The position numbers and the translations under genes are program-made. The notes under the pieces were generated by a model. The model saw only the letters and a list, made by a program, of their open reading frames with translations, made no database searches and was not told the origin of the DNA. Of a DNA stretch of 64,000 bases, positions 39,891-50,805 are shown in pieces (position 1 is the first letter of the stretch; the number at the start of each line of letters is the position of its first letter). The stretch comes from an uncultured Acidobacteriota bacterium (GTDB lineage Bacteria > Actinomycetota > Acidimicrobiia > Spongiisociales > ZC4RG35). The DNA lies in assembly GCA_963828465.1 (NCBI GenBank), contig CAWHEU010000025.1, positions 96,001-160,000 on the forward strand, in the 5' to 3' direction.

Positions 39891-40259
39891 TCACATGTCG
39901 CGATCACGACCACGTTCGAGCTCCCGTCGGACACGCAGGCCGCCTAGCTCGCTCGTGGCGATGCCGGCAACAAGGAGGAGCACGGCTGTGACGATGTCGT
40001 AGCGGTCGGTGATCACGAGTTGTAGATAGGGCTCTGTGAAGAAGAAGTCGAATGACAGGGCAGCGACGATTGCGGCGAGGATCCCGCCCTGTCTACCACC
40101 GACGATGGCGACGACCTGGACACCGAGAAGCAGGATGATCGCGACGTTGGCAGCACCCAGGAAATCACGCAGCGGCACCAAGAACATCGAAAAGATGAGA
40201 AGCCCCAGCGAACCCAGCCAGGCCGCCAGTTTCGTCTGATCCGTGGCTCTGCTCGTCAT
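39891..40259 (-). CDS. Stand-alone DUF4118 (KdpD transmembrane sensor) domain protein
   Basis: ANVAIILLLGVQVVAIVGG...ALSFDFFFTEPY; no kinase domain. Confidence 0.8.
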   Translation of the reverse strand: MTSRATDQTKLAAWLGSLGLLIFSMFLVPLRDFLGAANVAIILLLGVQVVAIVGGRQGGILAAIVAALSFDFFFTEPYLQLVITDRYDIVTAVLLLVAGIATSELGGLRVRRELERGRDRDM

Positions 40260-40386
40260 CGGGGAGACGCTATGGGCGACTGAGTTGGTGGCTGCAGATC
40301 CTGACGGAGACTTAGCGACGGGGCCGAGCATCTTGACGTTTAGGGCCGCTTGAACCCGCCGCTCAGCCCGGAGGAATGTTCTTGTT

Positions 40387-40620
40387 GTGATGGAAGACAT
40401 GCTGATCGAACACGGAGACACCGAGATCTGCAAGACGTACCCGGGCCTCGACGAGGACCTCTTCATCACGGCCGAGGCTAAGCCTTCGTCAAATGGCACG
40501 CCGGCCAGCTCACCTGGGCGGAAGCCACTCGCAACCACCGCATCCATCTCCACGGTCCATCGTCGCTGGTACGCGCCTTCCCCACCTGGAACGCCCGTAG
40601 CCTCTTCGCTCACGTCAAGC
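40387..40620 (+). pseudogene. Probable C-terminal remnant of an HxlR-type regulator
   Basis: MLIEHGDTEICKTYPGLDEDLFITAE fragment, then the frame is lost. Confidence 0.45.
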
Positions 40621-40690
40621 CGGTCTCACGGCCTGCGGCGCGTTCGGCAACCTGACTGATCCGCGCACCGAGCCCATCTGTCTTCCCGGT

Positions 40691-41095
40691 TCACCCCGCG
40701 GAGGCGGCCGATTCTCGCCCGTGCCCGATCCGACCCAGGTGTGTGTCTTGAAAGCCAGTCGGAAGTTTGAGCCCGTAGCCAAGGGCGCGATCCATGCCGA
40801 CATGCGCCAGCAGCAGAGCTCCCGCCAAAAGCCCGAAACGCCACTCCAACCACCAGCCAATCCCGAGGAGGGCACCGGCAACGATGAAGTTGTGTACCGC
40901 GTTGTAGGTCAGCGCTCCGATGCGGTCGTTGGCCAGGTATCCGATCATCGAGACATCTGGGAGCAAAATGAATACCACCAGCCAGAGCAGCGACCCATCA
41001 TTGGCGAACCAGATGGCGATTCCACCGACGAGCGCTACCAAAGCCTCGCCCCGAAGGATTGCTGAGATCACGTTCGTGGGTTGTCGGGAGGTCAT
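40691..41095 (-). CDS. DUF4260 family membrane protein
   Basis: LLPDVSMIGY, YNAVH, AHVGMDRALGYGLK, FQDTHLG. Confidence 0.9.
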   Translation of the reverse strand: MTSRQPTNVISAILRGEALVALVGGIAIWFANDGSLLWLVVFILLPDVSMIGYLANDRIGALTYNAVHNFIVAGALLGIGWWLEWRFGLLAGALLLAHVGMDRALGYGLKLPTGFQDTHLGRIGHGRESAASAG

Positions 41096-41331
41096 GGATT
41101 TTCCATTCACTTAGGTGATGTCTGTTCAGAAATCGCGCTCGAGCCCATTGCCAACCGGCGCCCAACGCATAACCCACCATGAACAAAATCCCGGAGACGA
41201 TTCCTTTCCATAGCGCCATTGACGACACACCCGGAACCTACGCCGCCGGTTGTGACGCTCACCTCGGGTTCACAGCCCCGAAGGTGCCGAGGTTCACATC
41301 CCGCTCTTCCGTCAGCGGCGGTCGGGGACTC

Positions 41332-41799
41332 CTAGGGGAGGTTGCCGGCGCTGGTTTTCGGCCAGGTCCTCGCGTAGTGGAAGATGGCGACGAGGAGCGC
41401 GACCTCGACTGCACTGCCGAGGATGTAGTAGTTCCACTCGCCCACGGCACCGGCGATGATCGTGAGCGCGTAGATGATGCTCAGTGCCATATTGCTGATT
41501 CGGTTGACTCTTGGTCGGAGAACCAGTGCACCGAACACCATCAGGCTGGGGATCACGATGTAGATCGTCGTCGCCAACAGGAACGTCTCGTTGACGGTGA
41601 ATCCGCCGACCACCCCAGCCTCTATGTCGGCTCGGACATCGGCTCGGAAGAAGCCGAAAATGTCGACGTAGGCGAAGACGAACAGCATCGCCGTCCATAG
41701 CGCCGAGATCTTGATCCTCACGTTCACTCTGAACGGTTCGAATTCCGTCTCGGCGGTCTTTGGTGTGATCTGGGTCTGGGTGGCCATGCGCCTCTCCAT
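41332..41799 (-). CDS. DUF6326-like membrane protein
   Basis: KISALWTAMLFVFAYVDIF, IPSLMV, ARTWP. Confidence 0.8.
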   Translation of the reverse strand: MERRMATQTQITPKTAETEFEPFRVNVRIKISALWTAMLFVFAYVDIFGFFRADVRADIEAGVVGGFTVNETFLLATTIYIVIPSLMVFGALVLRPRVNRISNMALSIIYALTIIAGAVGEWNYYILGSAVEVALLVAIFHYARTWPKTSAGNLP

Positions 41800-41812
41800 T
41801 CGTCGCCGGGTG

Positions 41813-41847
41813 GCTTACTAAGTAATCCTACGGGTTACTTAGTAAGC
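41813..41847. promoter_or_regulatory. Double palindromic TetR operator
   Basis: Perfect 13-bp inverted repeat gcttactaagtaa / ttacttagtaagc; each half is itself TTACT-W-AGTAA; lies between divergent tetR and its neighbour. Confidence 0.75.
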
Positions 41848-41856
41848 TGTCAAGCC

Positions 41857-42552
41857 GTGACGCTCGCCAAAGACCCTAAACCTCGCCCGCCCCTGACCAG
41901 AGAACGAGTCTTTCAGGCTGCCGTTGATTTGGCCGATCGAGACGGTCTCGGTGCCCTGACGATGCGTCGTTTGGGGACTGAGCTCGGCGTCGAGGCGATG
42001 TCGCTCTACAAACACGTCACCAACAAGGAGGAGATCCTCGACGGCATCGTGGAGGTCGTGGTGGGAGAGATCGAGACTCCACGAGAGGGGGCCGACTGGA
42101 AAGAGGCAATGAGACAGCGGGCGATCTCGGCCCGCGAGGTGCTCAGCCGCCACTCGTGGGCGATCGGACTGCTGGAAGCTCGCGATTCGAAGGGGCCGAC
42201 GGCATTGCGCTACATCGACTCGATCCTCGGGAACCTGCGCTCGGCCGGCTTCTCGATCGAGAACGCCGTCCACGCCTTCTGGCTCCTCGACAGCTTCGTC
42301 TACGGACAGGTGATCCAGGAGACGAACTTGCCCATCAGCAGCTCGAAGGAGATGACCGAGTCGACGGGATCCACCCTCGAGCAGGACACGATGGATCAGT
42401 ACCCGCATCTCGTCGAGATCGGAGAGCACGCAATGAGATCCGACTACACCGTCGACAAGGAGTTCGAATTTGGCCTCGATCTCATCCTCGAGGCACTCGA
42501 CCAGAACTCGATGTCCGTCACCTCGTCCCAAAGCACGAGCGCCCCGGGATGA
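41857..42552 (+). CDS. TetR family regulator with TetR_C domain
   Basis: LTMRRLGTELGVEAMSLYKHV; FEFGLDLIL. Confidence 0.92.
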   Translation: MTLAKDPKPRPPLTRERVFQAAVDLADRDGLGALTMRRLGTELGVEAMSLYKHVTNKEEILDGIVEVVVGEIETPREGADWKEAMRQRAISAREVLSRHSWAIGLLEARDSKGPTALRYIDSILGNLRSAGFSIENAVHAFWLLDSFVYGQVIQETNLPISSSKEMTESTGSTLEQDTMDQYPHLVEIGEHAMRSDYTVDKEFEFGLDLILEALDQNSMSVTSSQSTSAPG

Positions 42553-42666
42553 CGAGTCGTCGAGGTTGCCGAGTCGAACCCTGATTCGACCCTCCTCGTT
42601 TGACGCCCGAACTGGGTTCCTCCTACGATTCACTGTAATCAATAGGTTGAAGGAATTGTCCTGCTC

Positions 42667-43461
42667 ATGAGTGAATCGGAGCCATGGGGGTCCGCCCTCT
42701 CGACCACATCCGCCGACCGCATTTCGATCCGTGGATTCGACATTGCCGAGCTGGCCGGAAATGTGGGCTTCGCTTCCGTCCTCTACCTGCTCTATGTGGG
42801 TGAACTCCCCGAGCCGGGGCCAGCCCGACTCTTGGATGCGCTGATGGTGGCTTCCATCGACCATGGACCGGCCACACCGTCGGCATCGGCGGCTCGTCTG
42901 GCGATATCGGGCGGAGGGTCTCTACAGGCAGCCGGCGCAGCCGGTCTTCTCACCATGGGGAGATACCACGGTGCGGCGGTGGAGGACGCTCTCGACACTC
43001 TCCAGGTCGTGATCGCCGGGTCGGACGAGGGTCGGGAGGTCGCCGGGGCCGCCGAGCAGGTAGTACGCGAGCGCTTGTCCGCAGGGATGCGCGTGTCCGG
43101 CTTTGGGCACCGCGAGCACAAGGAACGCGATCCCCGTGTCGTCAGGTTGTTCGCCGTGGCCGATGAGACCGGGGTCGCCGGTCCACATATCGAGGCTTGC
43201 CTTGCGGTTGAGGCCGCGTTGAGCCGGGTCACCGGAAAAGAGCTCCCGATCAACATCGACGGGGCCTTGGCCGCAGCACTCGGCGATCTCGGTTTTCCGC
43301 CCAAGTTCACCAACGCCGTCTTCATGGTCGCCCGTCTCGCCGGCGTCCTGGGACACGCCGCCGAGGAACGCGAGATGTCGCCTATGAGGCACATCGACTT
43401 CCAGGATCCCGGATACACCGGGCCAGCTCCGAGATCGCTCCCCAAGGAGGAGTCCCCGTGA
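42667..43461 (+). CDS. Citryl-CoA lyase / citrate synthase-like protein
   Basis: DHG, YHGAA, GFGHR, DPR, INIDGA. Confidence 0.85.
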   Translation: MSESEPWGSALSTTSADRISIRGFDIAELAGNVGFASVLYLLYVGELPEPGPARLLDALMVASIDHGPATPSASAARLAISGGGSLQAAGAAGLLTMGRYHGAAVEDALDTLQVVIAGSDEGREVAGAAEQVVRERLSAGMRVSGFGHREHKERDPRVVRLFAVADETGVAGPHIEACLAVEAALSRVTGKELPINIDGALAAALGDLGFPPKFTNAVFMVARLAGVLGHAAEEREMSPMRHIDFQDPGYTGPAPRSLPKEESP

Positions 43462-45218
43462 ACGAAACCGTCGCAGCTCAGCTGGTGGATTACCTCGCCG
43501 ACCGCGGAGTCAGACACGTCTTCGGCCTTTGTGGGCATACCAACATCGCTGTGCTGTCGGCGATGGAGCACAGCCCGGTCGAATTCATAAATGTCCGCCA
43601 CGAACAGGTTGCCAGTCACGCCGCCGATGGATACGCCCGGGTCACCGGCAAGGCGTCAGTGTTGTTGACCCATCTGAGCCCGGGCCTCACCAATGCCGCG
43701 ACCGGAGTCGCCAACGCGGCGCTCGATTGCATTCCGATGGTGGTGATCGCCGGGGATGTCCCGACGTTCTATCACGGCAAGCACCCCCATCAGGAAGTGA
43801 ATCTCCACGCGGACGGCGCCCAATTCGAGATCTACCGACCCTTCGTCAAGCGTGCCTGGCGGGTCGACACACCGGAGTTGTTTCCCGAGATCATGGAGAA
43901 GGCTTTCTCCCTGGCCGAGTCGGGCCAACCGGGGCCCGTGTTGGTCGACGTGCCCATGGACGTCTTCTCTGCGCAGATCGACCCAGCCCTCTTTGCCCGA
44001 TTGGCGCACAACACCAAGGACCTCGTGCCCCCGTCGATGGACGACGAGACCGCGGAGAAGATCGTCCATCGCCTCGTAGCGTCGGACCGGCCAGTGATGT
44101 ACGTGGGTGGGGGGATCCATCTGGCCCGGGCGTCGGAGGAGTTGCGCACCTTCGTCGATCACATGTCGATCCCGGTCGCCCACAGCCTCATGGGCAAGGG
44201 CGCCCTGCCCGATGACCATCCGCTCGTGCTTGGCATGACCGGCTTTTGGGGAACCAGCCTGGTCAACCAGGCGTGCCTAGGAGCCGACACGATTCTCGCC
44301 ATAGGCACCCGGTTCAAGGAGGCCGACAGCAGTTCCTGGTACCCCGGTTACACCTTCGATATACCGAAGGCTCGCCTGATTCACATCGACATCGAGCCCA
44401 GCGAGATCGGAAGGAACTTCCCTGCCGACCTCGGGGTGGTCGCAGATGCCAGGGCAGCTCTGAGAGTGCTGAACCGAGTCGCGCGAGAGCTCTATCCCGA
44501 GGGGCGCCCGCCGGGCGAGGAGGCCGCAGCCATCCTCCGGTTCAGACGCGAATTCGAATCATCAAATCGGGCTATGGCGACGAGCGACGACTGGCCGATG
44601 ATGCCGGAGCGAATCCTGGCCGACACCCGGGCCGTCCTGCCCGCCGACGTCTACCTCACCACCGACGTCGGGTGGAACAAGAACGGCGTTGGCCAACAGT
44701 TCCCCATTCTCACACCGGGCACCTTCCTGACTCCGGGTGGGTTCGCGACCATGGGATTCGGACCGGGTGCCGCCATTGGTGCCAAATTCGCAGCCCCGAC
44801 TAGGACGGTCGTCTCCCTGGTCGGCGACGGTGGCTTTGGCCAGAACCCGGCAATGTTGTCGACGGCGGTGGAGCATGATCTCGGCATCACGTGGATCGTG
44901 ATGAACAACAACGCCTACGGGACCATTGCCGGTCTTCAGAAGGCGCATTTCGGCACGACGTACGGCACGACTTTTCCAGGGGCGATCGGTTCGGCATTGC
45001 CCGACTACGCCGCGATCGCCAGGGCGTATGGAGCCGAAGGCATCAAGGTCGAAGCCGCCGATCAGTTTCGGCCGGCGCTGGAGAAGGCATTGGCCATGGA
45101 GCGACCGGTCGTGATCGATGTAGCCATGGTCAACAATCCGACCCCGACCACCGGGCACTGGAACATCCTCGACATCTATTCGCCAGGTGAGGACGTGTCA
45201 CACGTGGCGACCGATTGA
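43458..45218 (+). CDS. ThDP-dependent enzyme (acetolactate synthase large-subunit superfamily)
   Basis: FGLCGH, VRHEQ, GDGG...NN ThDP motif. Confidence 0.92.
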   Translation: MNETVAAQLVDYLADRGVRHVFGLCGHTNIAVLSAMEHSPVEFINVRHEQVASHAADGYARVTGKASVLLTHLSPGLTNAATGVANAALDCIPMVVIAGDVPTFYHGKHPHQEVNLHADGAQFEIYRPFVKRAWRVDTPELFPEIMEKAFSLAESGQPGPVLVDVPMDVFSAQIDPALFARLAHNTKDLVPPSMDDETAEKIVHRLVASDRPVMYVGGGIHLARASEELRTFVDHMSIPVAHSLMGKGALPDDHPLVLGMTGFWGTSLVNQACLGADTILAIGTRFKEADSSSWYPGYTFDIPKARLIHIDIEPSEIGRNFPADLGVVADARAALRVLNRVARELYPEGRPPGEEAAAILRFRREFESSNRAMATSDDWPMMPERILADTRAVLPADVYLTTDVGWNKNGVGQQFPILTPGTFLTPGGFATMGFGPGAAIGAKFAAPTRTVVSLVGDGGFGQNPAMLSTAVEHDLGITWIVMNNNAYGTIAGLQKAHFGTTYGTTFPGAIGSALPDYAAIARAYGAEGIKVEAADQFRPALEKALAMERPVVIDVAMVNNPTPTTGHWNILDIYSPGEDVSHVATD

Positions 45219-45229
45219 AAGGAGCCGGC

Positions 45230-46637
45230 ATGACGCGGGAGATCACAGCAGAAGAACGGGACCTCGCCGCCACGATGCTCAGTCGTGCCAGAGCCGCCAT
45301 GGCCGAGATCGCCGACTACGACCAGGCAAGGGTGGACAGGTTGGCCCAGGCAATCGGGTGGGCCGTGGGCAACGAGGCGACCTTCACTCGACTCGGCCAG
45401 ATGGGGGTCGACGAGAGCGGAGCCGGTGATCGAGCCGGACGTCCGGCAAAGCGATTCAAGATCCACGGCATTCTCCGTGACGCCCTACGTCAGCCCAGTG
45501 TCGGCGTCATCGAGGAAGACCCGGAGAAGGGGATCGTCAAGTACGCCAAACCGGCCGGAGTCATTGCCTCGATCGTCCCCATGACGAACCCGGCCCTCAC
45601 CCCTCCAGGGACCGCCATCAACGCGATCAAGGCGAAGGATGCAGTGATCTTCTCGCCTCATCCCCGCACCAAGCGCACGACGTACGAGACGGTCGAGATC
45701 ATGCGCGCTGTCATGGCGCGGGAGGGCGCCCCGGCGGACATCTTCCAATGTGTCGAAGAGCCATCCATCCCGCTGGCCCAGGAGCTGATGGCCGTTTGCG
45801 ACATGACCCTTGCCACCGGCGGGCCCGCAATGGTCAAGGCCGCCTACAGCTCGGGCAAACCGGCGTTCGGTGTTGGTCAAGGGAACGCGACGATGGTGAT
45901 CGACGAGACGGCCGACATCGAGGAAGCCGCTCGCAACACCCGACTCTCCAAGACTTCCGACTTTGGGTCAGGTTGCTCGGCGGACGGCAACATCCTGATC
46001 GACGACACGATCTACGACCGATTCGTCGGCCAATTGGAGCTCGAAGGCGGATATCTCGTCACCCCCGAGGAGAAGGACCTGCTCGAACGCGCCATGTGGG
46101 CCCCCGATGGCACCCGCACTATCGAGACCGTCGCCCAGCCTGCCTCCAAACTGGCGGTAGAGGCAGGGTTCGCCATCCCTGATGACCGGCTGTTTCATCA
46201 TCGTCGAGCAGGAGGACATTGGAAAAGAGCACCGCTTCTCGGGCGAGAAGCTGACCTCAGTCCTTTCCGTGTATCGCTATCACGGATTCGAGGACGCACT
46301 CGACAAGGTCCGTCGCATCTACCAGGTGGCCGGGGCGGGCCACTCCTGTGGCATCTATTCGTTCGACGACGACCACATCGATCAGCTGGCGCGTGTGGCG
46401 CCGGTCAGCCGGATCATGGTTCGCCAACCTCAGTCGAAGGCCAACGCAGGATCTTTCACGAACGGCATGCCGATGACGTCCAGCCTCGGCTGTGGCATCT
46501 GGGGAGGCAATGTCACCAACGAGAACATCAGTCTCAAGCATTTCATGAACGTCACCTGGGTGAGTCGTCCCATCCCGGAGGACCGGCCGTCGGAGCAGGA
46601 GTTGTTCGGTGAGTTCTACGGGGCGGAGACCCCGTAG
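45230..46637 (+). CDS. CoA-acylating aldehyde dehydrogenase (SauS/AdhE N-terminal-like), 1-bp frameshift near 46195
   Basis: PMTNP, ATGGPAMVKAAYSSGKPAFGVG, SKTSDFGSGCS, GEKL, SLGCGIWGGN across two frames. Confidence 0.85.
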
Positions 46638-46646
46638 GGATCGACG

Positions 46647-47486
46647 ATGAGCCGGCCTGAGTTCTCACTCGCATATCTGACCGCCTTCGGGACCGCTCCG
46701 GCCCGAATGGTCGACATCGCCGCCGAGACCGGTTACGACTACGTGAGTCTGCGTCTGACGCCGGTAACCGACCAAGAGCCGACATTTCCCTTCTTCACCG
46801 ACCCATCCGTTGTTGCCGACGTCAAAGCACGAATGGCCGACACCGGGGTCTCGGTGCTCGACGTCGAACTGATCAGGGTCGGCCCGGACGACGACCCTGC
46901 CGAATATGGGAGCTTCATGGAGATCGCCTCCGACCTCGGTGCCCGGCATCTCATCATGCAGCTCCCCGACCCCGATCGGAGCCGCGCTGCAGAGCGGTTC
47001 GCCCAAACTTGCCAGATGGCGGCGCCGTACCGCATGACCGTCGATCTCGAATTCATACCGTGGTCCACGACCGAGGATCTCGCCGCCGCCGTCGAGATAG
47101 TGACCAAGGCAGATCAGCCAAATGGGGGCGTGCTCATCGATACCCTCCATTTCGCCCGGTCCAAATCATCAGTTGCAGACCTGCAGCTGCTGCCCGAGAA
47201 CCTGTTCAATTTCGTCCAGCTCTGTGACGCCCCGTTCGAGGCTCCCAGGACACATGAAGGTCTGATCAATGCCGCCCGCACGGCTCGAAGCCTTCCCGGT
47301 CAGGCGGGCCTCGATCTGCGGCCTCTGATGGACGCCATCCCGAGGGTGCCATACTCGCTGGAAGTGCCCAACGACGTCATGCGGAACGATCTCGGGGTGG
47401 AGGAGTTTGCCCGACGCGTCCTGCGCGCCGGACAGACGTTCTTGGACCGGGACGAAACCGAATCGGCCAGGATCCGGACAGCACCG
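46647..47486 (+). CDS. Sugar phosphate isomerase/epimerase-type TIM barrel protein (in frame with aroQ)
   Basis: DLEFIPW, LIDTLHFARS, QLCDA, LPG, SLEVP metal-binding motifs. Confidence 0.82.
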
Positions 47487-47942
47487 ATGACCACCGTCCT
47501 GGTGATGAACGGCCCGAATCTGAATCTGCTCGGGACTCGCGAACCGGGTATCTACGGGTCGGAGACACTCCCCGAGATCGTCGGCCGGCTTCGCGACCAC
47601 GCCACCGCTCGCGGAGTCGAGCTCAAGGATTTCCAGTCGAACACGGAGGGCGATCTGGTGACGATGCTCCACACCTCACGCGAGGAGGTGGACGGCGTGA
47701 TCCTCAACGCTGGGGCGCTCACCCATTACAGCGTCGCTCTGAGAGACGCCATCTCCGGGACGGGATTGCCAGTGGTCGAGACCCACATCTCGAACGTGCA
47801 CGCTCGGGAAGAGTTCCGCAAGACATCGGTGATCGCACCGGTCTGCGTTGGCATCGTGGCCGGATTCGGCGCCGAGAGTTATCTCGTGGCATTCGACGGG
47901 CTGATCCGGTACTTGGAGAAGCACGGCTCTGTCGAGGCCTGA
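47487..47942 (+). CDS. aroQ: Type II 3-dehydroquinate dehydratase
   Basis: NGPNLNLLGTREP, QSNTEG, NAGALTHYS, ETHISNVHAREEFR. Confidence 0.95.
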   Translation: MTTVLVMNGPNLNLLGTREPGIYGSETLPEIVGRLRDHATARGVELKDFQSNTEGDLVTMLHTSREEVDGVILNAGALTHYSVALRDAISGTGLPVVETHISNVHAREEFRKTSVIAPVCVGIVAGFGAESYLVAFDGLIRYLEKHGSVEA

Positions 47943-47952
47943 CCGGCCGAGG

Positions 47953-49256
47953 TCAGAACGAAGCCCAGATCTTCTCCGTGTCGAGACCCCGACCGGCGAG
48001 CACATCCGATGGCGCCGTCGGGGAGGCCAGATGCAATCGCCCCAGTCCGACGATGTCGGTCGCTCCCGATCGCACCCGGCCTGGGCGACATTGGGCATCC
48101 ATTGCTGGAGGTAGCTGTACCCCGAGCCCACCACGAGCGAGTCCCGGCACGGCTTCCTTCAATCGCCTGGTCACATCGAGATGCCTGGCCACCCCAACAA
48201 GGGGATCCTCCGGTGGCAGGTACTCCCCGGGTGACACATTCAGGGCGGGTCTCTGCAGGTGACGCGCGTTGTAGGGGCTCGACCCGGTGATGCAGACCGG
48301 ATTGACCCCCATGTTCACGCATCATCGTCAGGAGTCTCACCGGCTCGCTGAGATCGATGCTGTGCCCGCTCTCATCGGTGCCGAACCAATAGCGGTAGTT
48401 GCCATCGGTGATCGGACGACCCACCCCGTGTTCATCCGCGACATGGGTCACGGTGTCGAAGGCACTGAGACGGAGGGCGAGCCGAATACCGGGGACCGCA
48501 GACTTGGCCCCTGACACGATGGAGGTGAGAAACCGAACACGGTTCTCGAACGACCCACCGAAATCCCCCGGTCGCTCGAATGCGCCGAGCAGCTCGTGAC
48601 CGAGATAGCCATGACAAGCCTTCAGATCGACGAAGTCGAATCCAGCTTCTGCCACGAGCCCCACTGCCGCGACGTAGGTCTCGATCAACCCGTAGATCTC
48701 ATCGTCGCCGAGGAGTGGCTGGCTTGGTGGCGGACCGACAGTCCGGTCGAGATAGGGGTGATGACGTACCGACACCGGTGAGCTCACGGCATGTGGCTTG
48801 CTGTATCGCCCGGAATGAGTGAGCTGCAGTCCAACCTTGAAATCCGCTGAGTCGCCATGAGCCTGGCGGTGGGCCTCGACGGCCGCCAGACGGAGCTTCT
48901 CGAGACCGGGCAGCGTGCTTCGGTCGACCAGCAACTGCTGGGGAGAGCTACGACCGTCGGCGCGCACTGCGGCCGACTCTCCCCAGATCAGCTTGGCGCC
49001 GCTTCGCCCCAGCCTCCGCCAGCGTTCCAAACTGGCATCCGTGGGATTCCCTTCCTCGTCGCTGTCCCATCCCTCCAGAGGGAGGATGCAGAACCTGTTG
49101 CCCACGACGAAATCCATCGATATCGACCGGCCAGCTCAGCGGGCCCGATGGGGCGGGCTCGAGGACTGCGTCGAAGGGGATCGCCACGCCCAGATCCTGA
49201 ACTCGGCTCTCGAATTCGCCAGGCGTGGTCATGGAGCGCAACGGTCTATACGGCAA
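47953..49256 (-). pseudogene. NADH:flavin oxidoreductase (Old Yellow Enzyme family), frameshifted
   Basis: PLEGWD, GAKLIWGE, LQLTHSGR, GFDFVDLKACHGYL, GGSFENR; at least 3 frames. Confidence 0.8.
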
Positions 49257-50051
49257 GGTCGAGCCCCTTCATCGTCGATCGCATAGCTGAGGAACTCGAT
49301 CTCCAGGGCCAGGTCGTGATTCGACACCTTGGTATGCACCGATCCGTGATCGAGGTTGGTGACGACCGTCGTGTTGCGCAGCGAATAGCGATCGGACCGA
49401 TCGGCCAACGCCGGCCAGTCTCTCGTGGAGGTCACGCACCAGCCCGGCCGATTCGAGGGTCACTCCGTAATGCCAGATGTCGTCTCCCGCCAAGCGCGAC
49501 CTGAACATGCCTGTGTCCAACGCGCTCATCTCGGACATTCATTGATTCCCGGGCAGACATTGCATCAAATCCGAAGGTCAGCACGGCGGTGGATGTCGAA
49601 GACCTCGAGCTCGAGGGCCCGCCCCTGATATCCGACCCACACCTGAGCCATCTCGACAAACGCACCCACACGATCCTGGAAAGCCTCCGAGGCGGGAATT
49701 CGCTTGGTTCCGACGACACTTGCCCCCAATCGGTCCGCCCAGATCGGGACACCCTCCAGGTAGATGTCGAGCGGCTCGGCGATGCTGAATCCGATATGAG
49801 CGACATCCGACCCCGTCGGTTGCATCCAGCACTGCCTCGACCAAATGCGGCTCGCCGCCGAAGAACTCTTCCATGAGCGACCGTTGCCCGACCGACCTCA
49901 GCTCCGTTGCGGCCATGATCGATGTCATCAGATCACTCCCGATGCCACGAGTCAGCGCCGAAGCGCTGTCGAGTCCCTTGAGGGCGAGCACCCGCTTGTG
50001 CCTCCGGCGCCAAAGCCGAATCCTGGCTCTGCTCTCGGCCACCCGCCTCAT
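49229..50051 (-). pseudogene. Hypothetical protein, apparently frameshifted
   Basis: Consecutive coding-like fragments (AHIGFSIAE, WHYGVTL, GSVHTKV, EIEFLSY) filling the operon gap. Confidence 0.45.
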
Positions 50052-50058
50052 CGCCGTA

Positions 50059-50805
50059 TCAAGCCGGCTCGTCGATCTTCACCAACCCGCCGAGGAACAG
50101 GCTTCCGATCTGCGGATGCTCGAGGATCTCGTCCGCCCGCCCTTCCAGGACCGCCCGGCCTTGTTGGAGAACGATCCCGAAGTCGCTCACCTCCAGCGCC
50201 TTCTTCGCGTTTTGCTCGATCATCAACACCGTGATCCCGGTCTCGACGAGGCCCCGGAGCAGACCGAAGACCTGGCTGACGAGGAGAGGCGACAAACCGA
50301 TCGAGGGTTCGTCGATCAAGAGGAGACGTGGCTCGAGGAGAAGGGCCCGACCCACCTCGAGCATCTTTTGCTCCCCCCCGCTGAGGGTGCCCGCCTGTTG
50401 GTTCGACTTGTTCGCCAACACCGGGAACTGCTGAAAGGCAATGGTGTCGATCCGATCACGGGTCAGTTCGAGATCCTTGAGGCTGACGCCGCCCAACTCC
50501 AGATTGTCTCTCACCGACATGCGGGGGAAGATGTTTCTGCCCTGAGGGACGAAGGCGATACCCCGGTTCAACAACTCCAACTGTGGCGACCCGACGATGT
50601 CGTCGCCGTCGTAGACGATTCGACCCGACTCGACCTTCACCATGCCGAACACGGCTTTGAGTGCCGTGGACTTGCCGGCCCCGTTGGGCCCGATGACCGT
50701 CGTCATGGAGTGACTGTTCACGTCGAAGGTGGTCTCGTGGAGCACGGTTGCCATCCCGTATCCGGCCACGACCGCATCGAGCCGGAGTATCGAGGTGTCA
50801 GGCAC
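50059..50805 (-). CDS. HAAT (LivF-like) ABC ATPase
   Basis: GPNGAGKS, LSGGEQKM, IDEPSIGL. Confidence 0.92.
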   Translation of the reverse strand: MPDTSILRLDAVVAGYGMATVLHETTFDVNSHSMTTVIGPNGAGKSTALKAVFGMVKVESGRIVYDGDDIVGSPQLELLNRGIAFVPQGRNIFPRMSVRDNLELGGVSLKDLELTRDRIDTIAFQQFPVLANKSNQQAGTLSGGEQKMLEVGRALLLEPRLLLIDEPSIGLSPLLVSQVFGLLRGLVETGITVLMIEQNAKKALEVSDFGIVLQQGRAVLEGRADEILEHPQIGSLFLGGLVKIDEPA

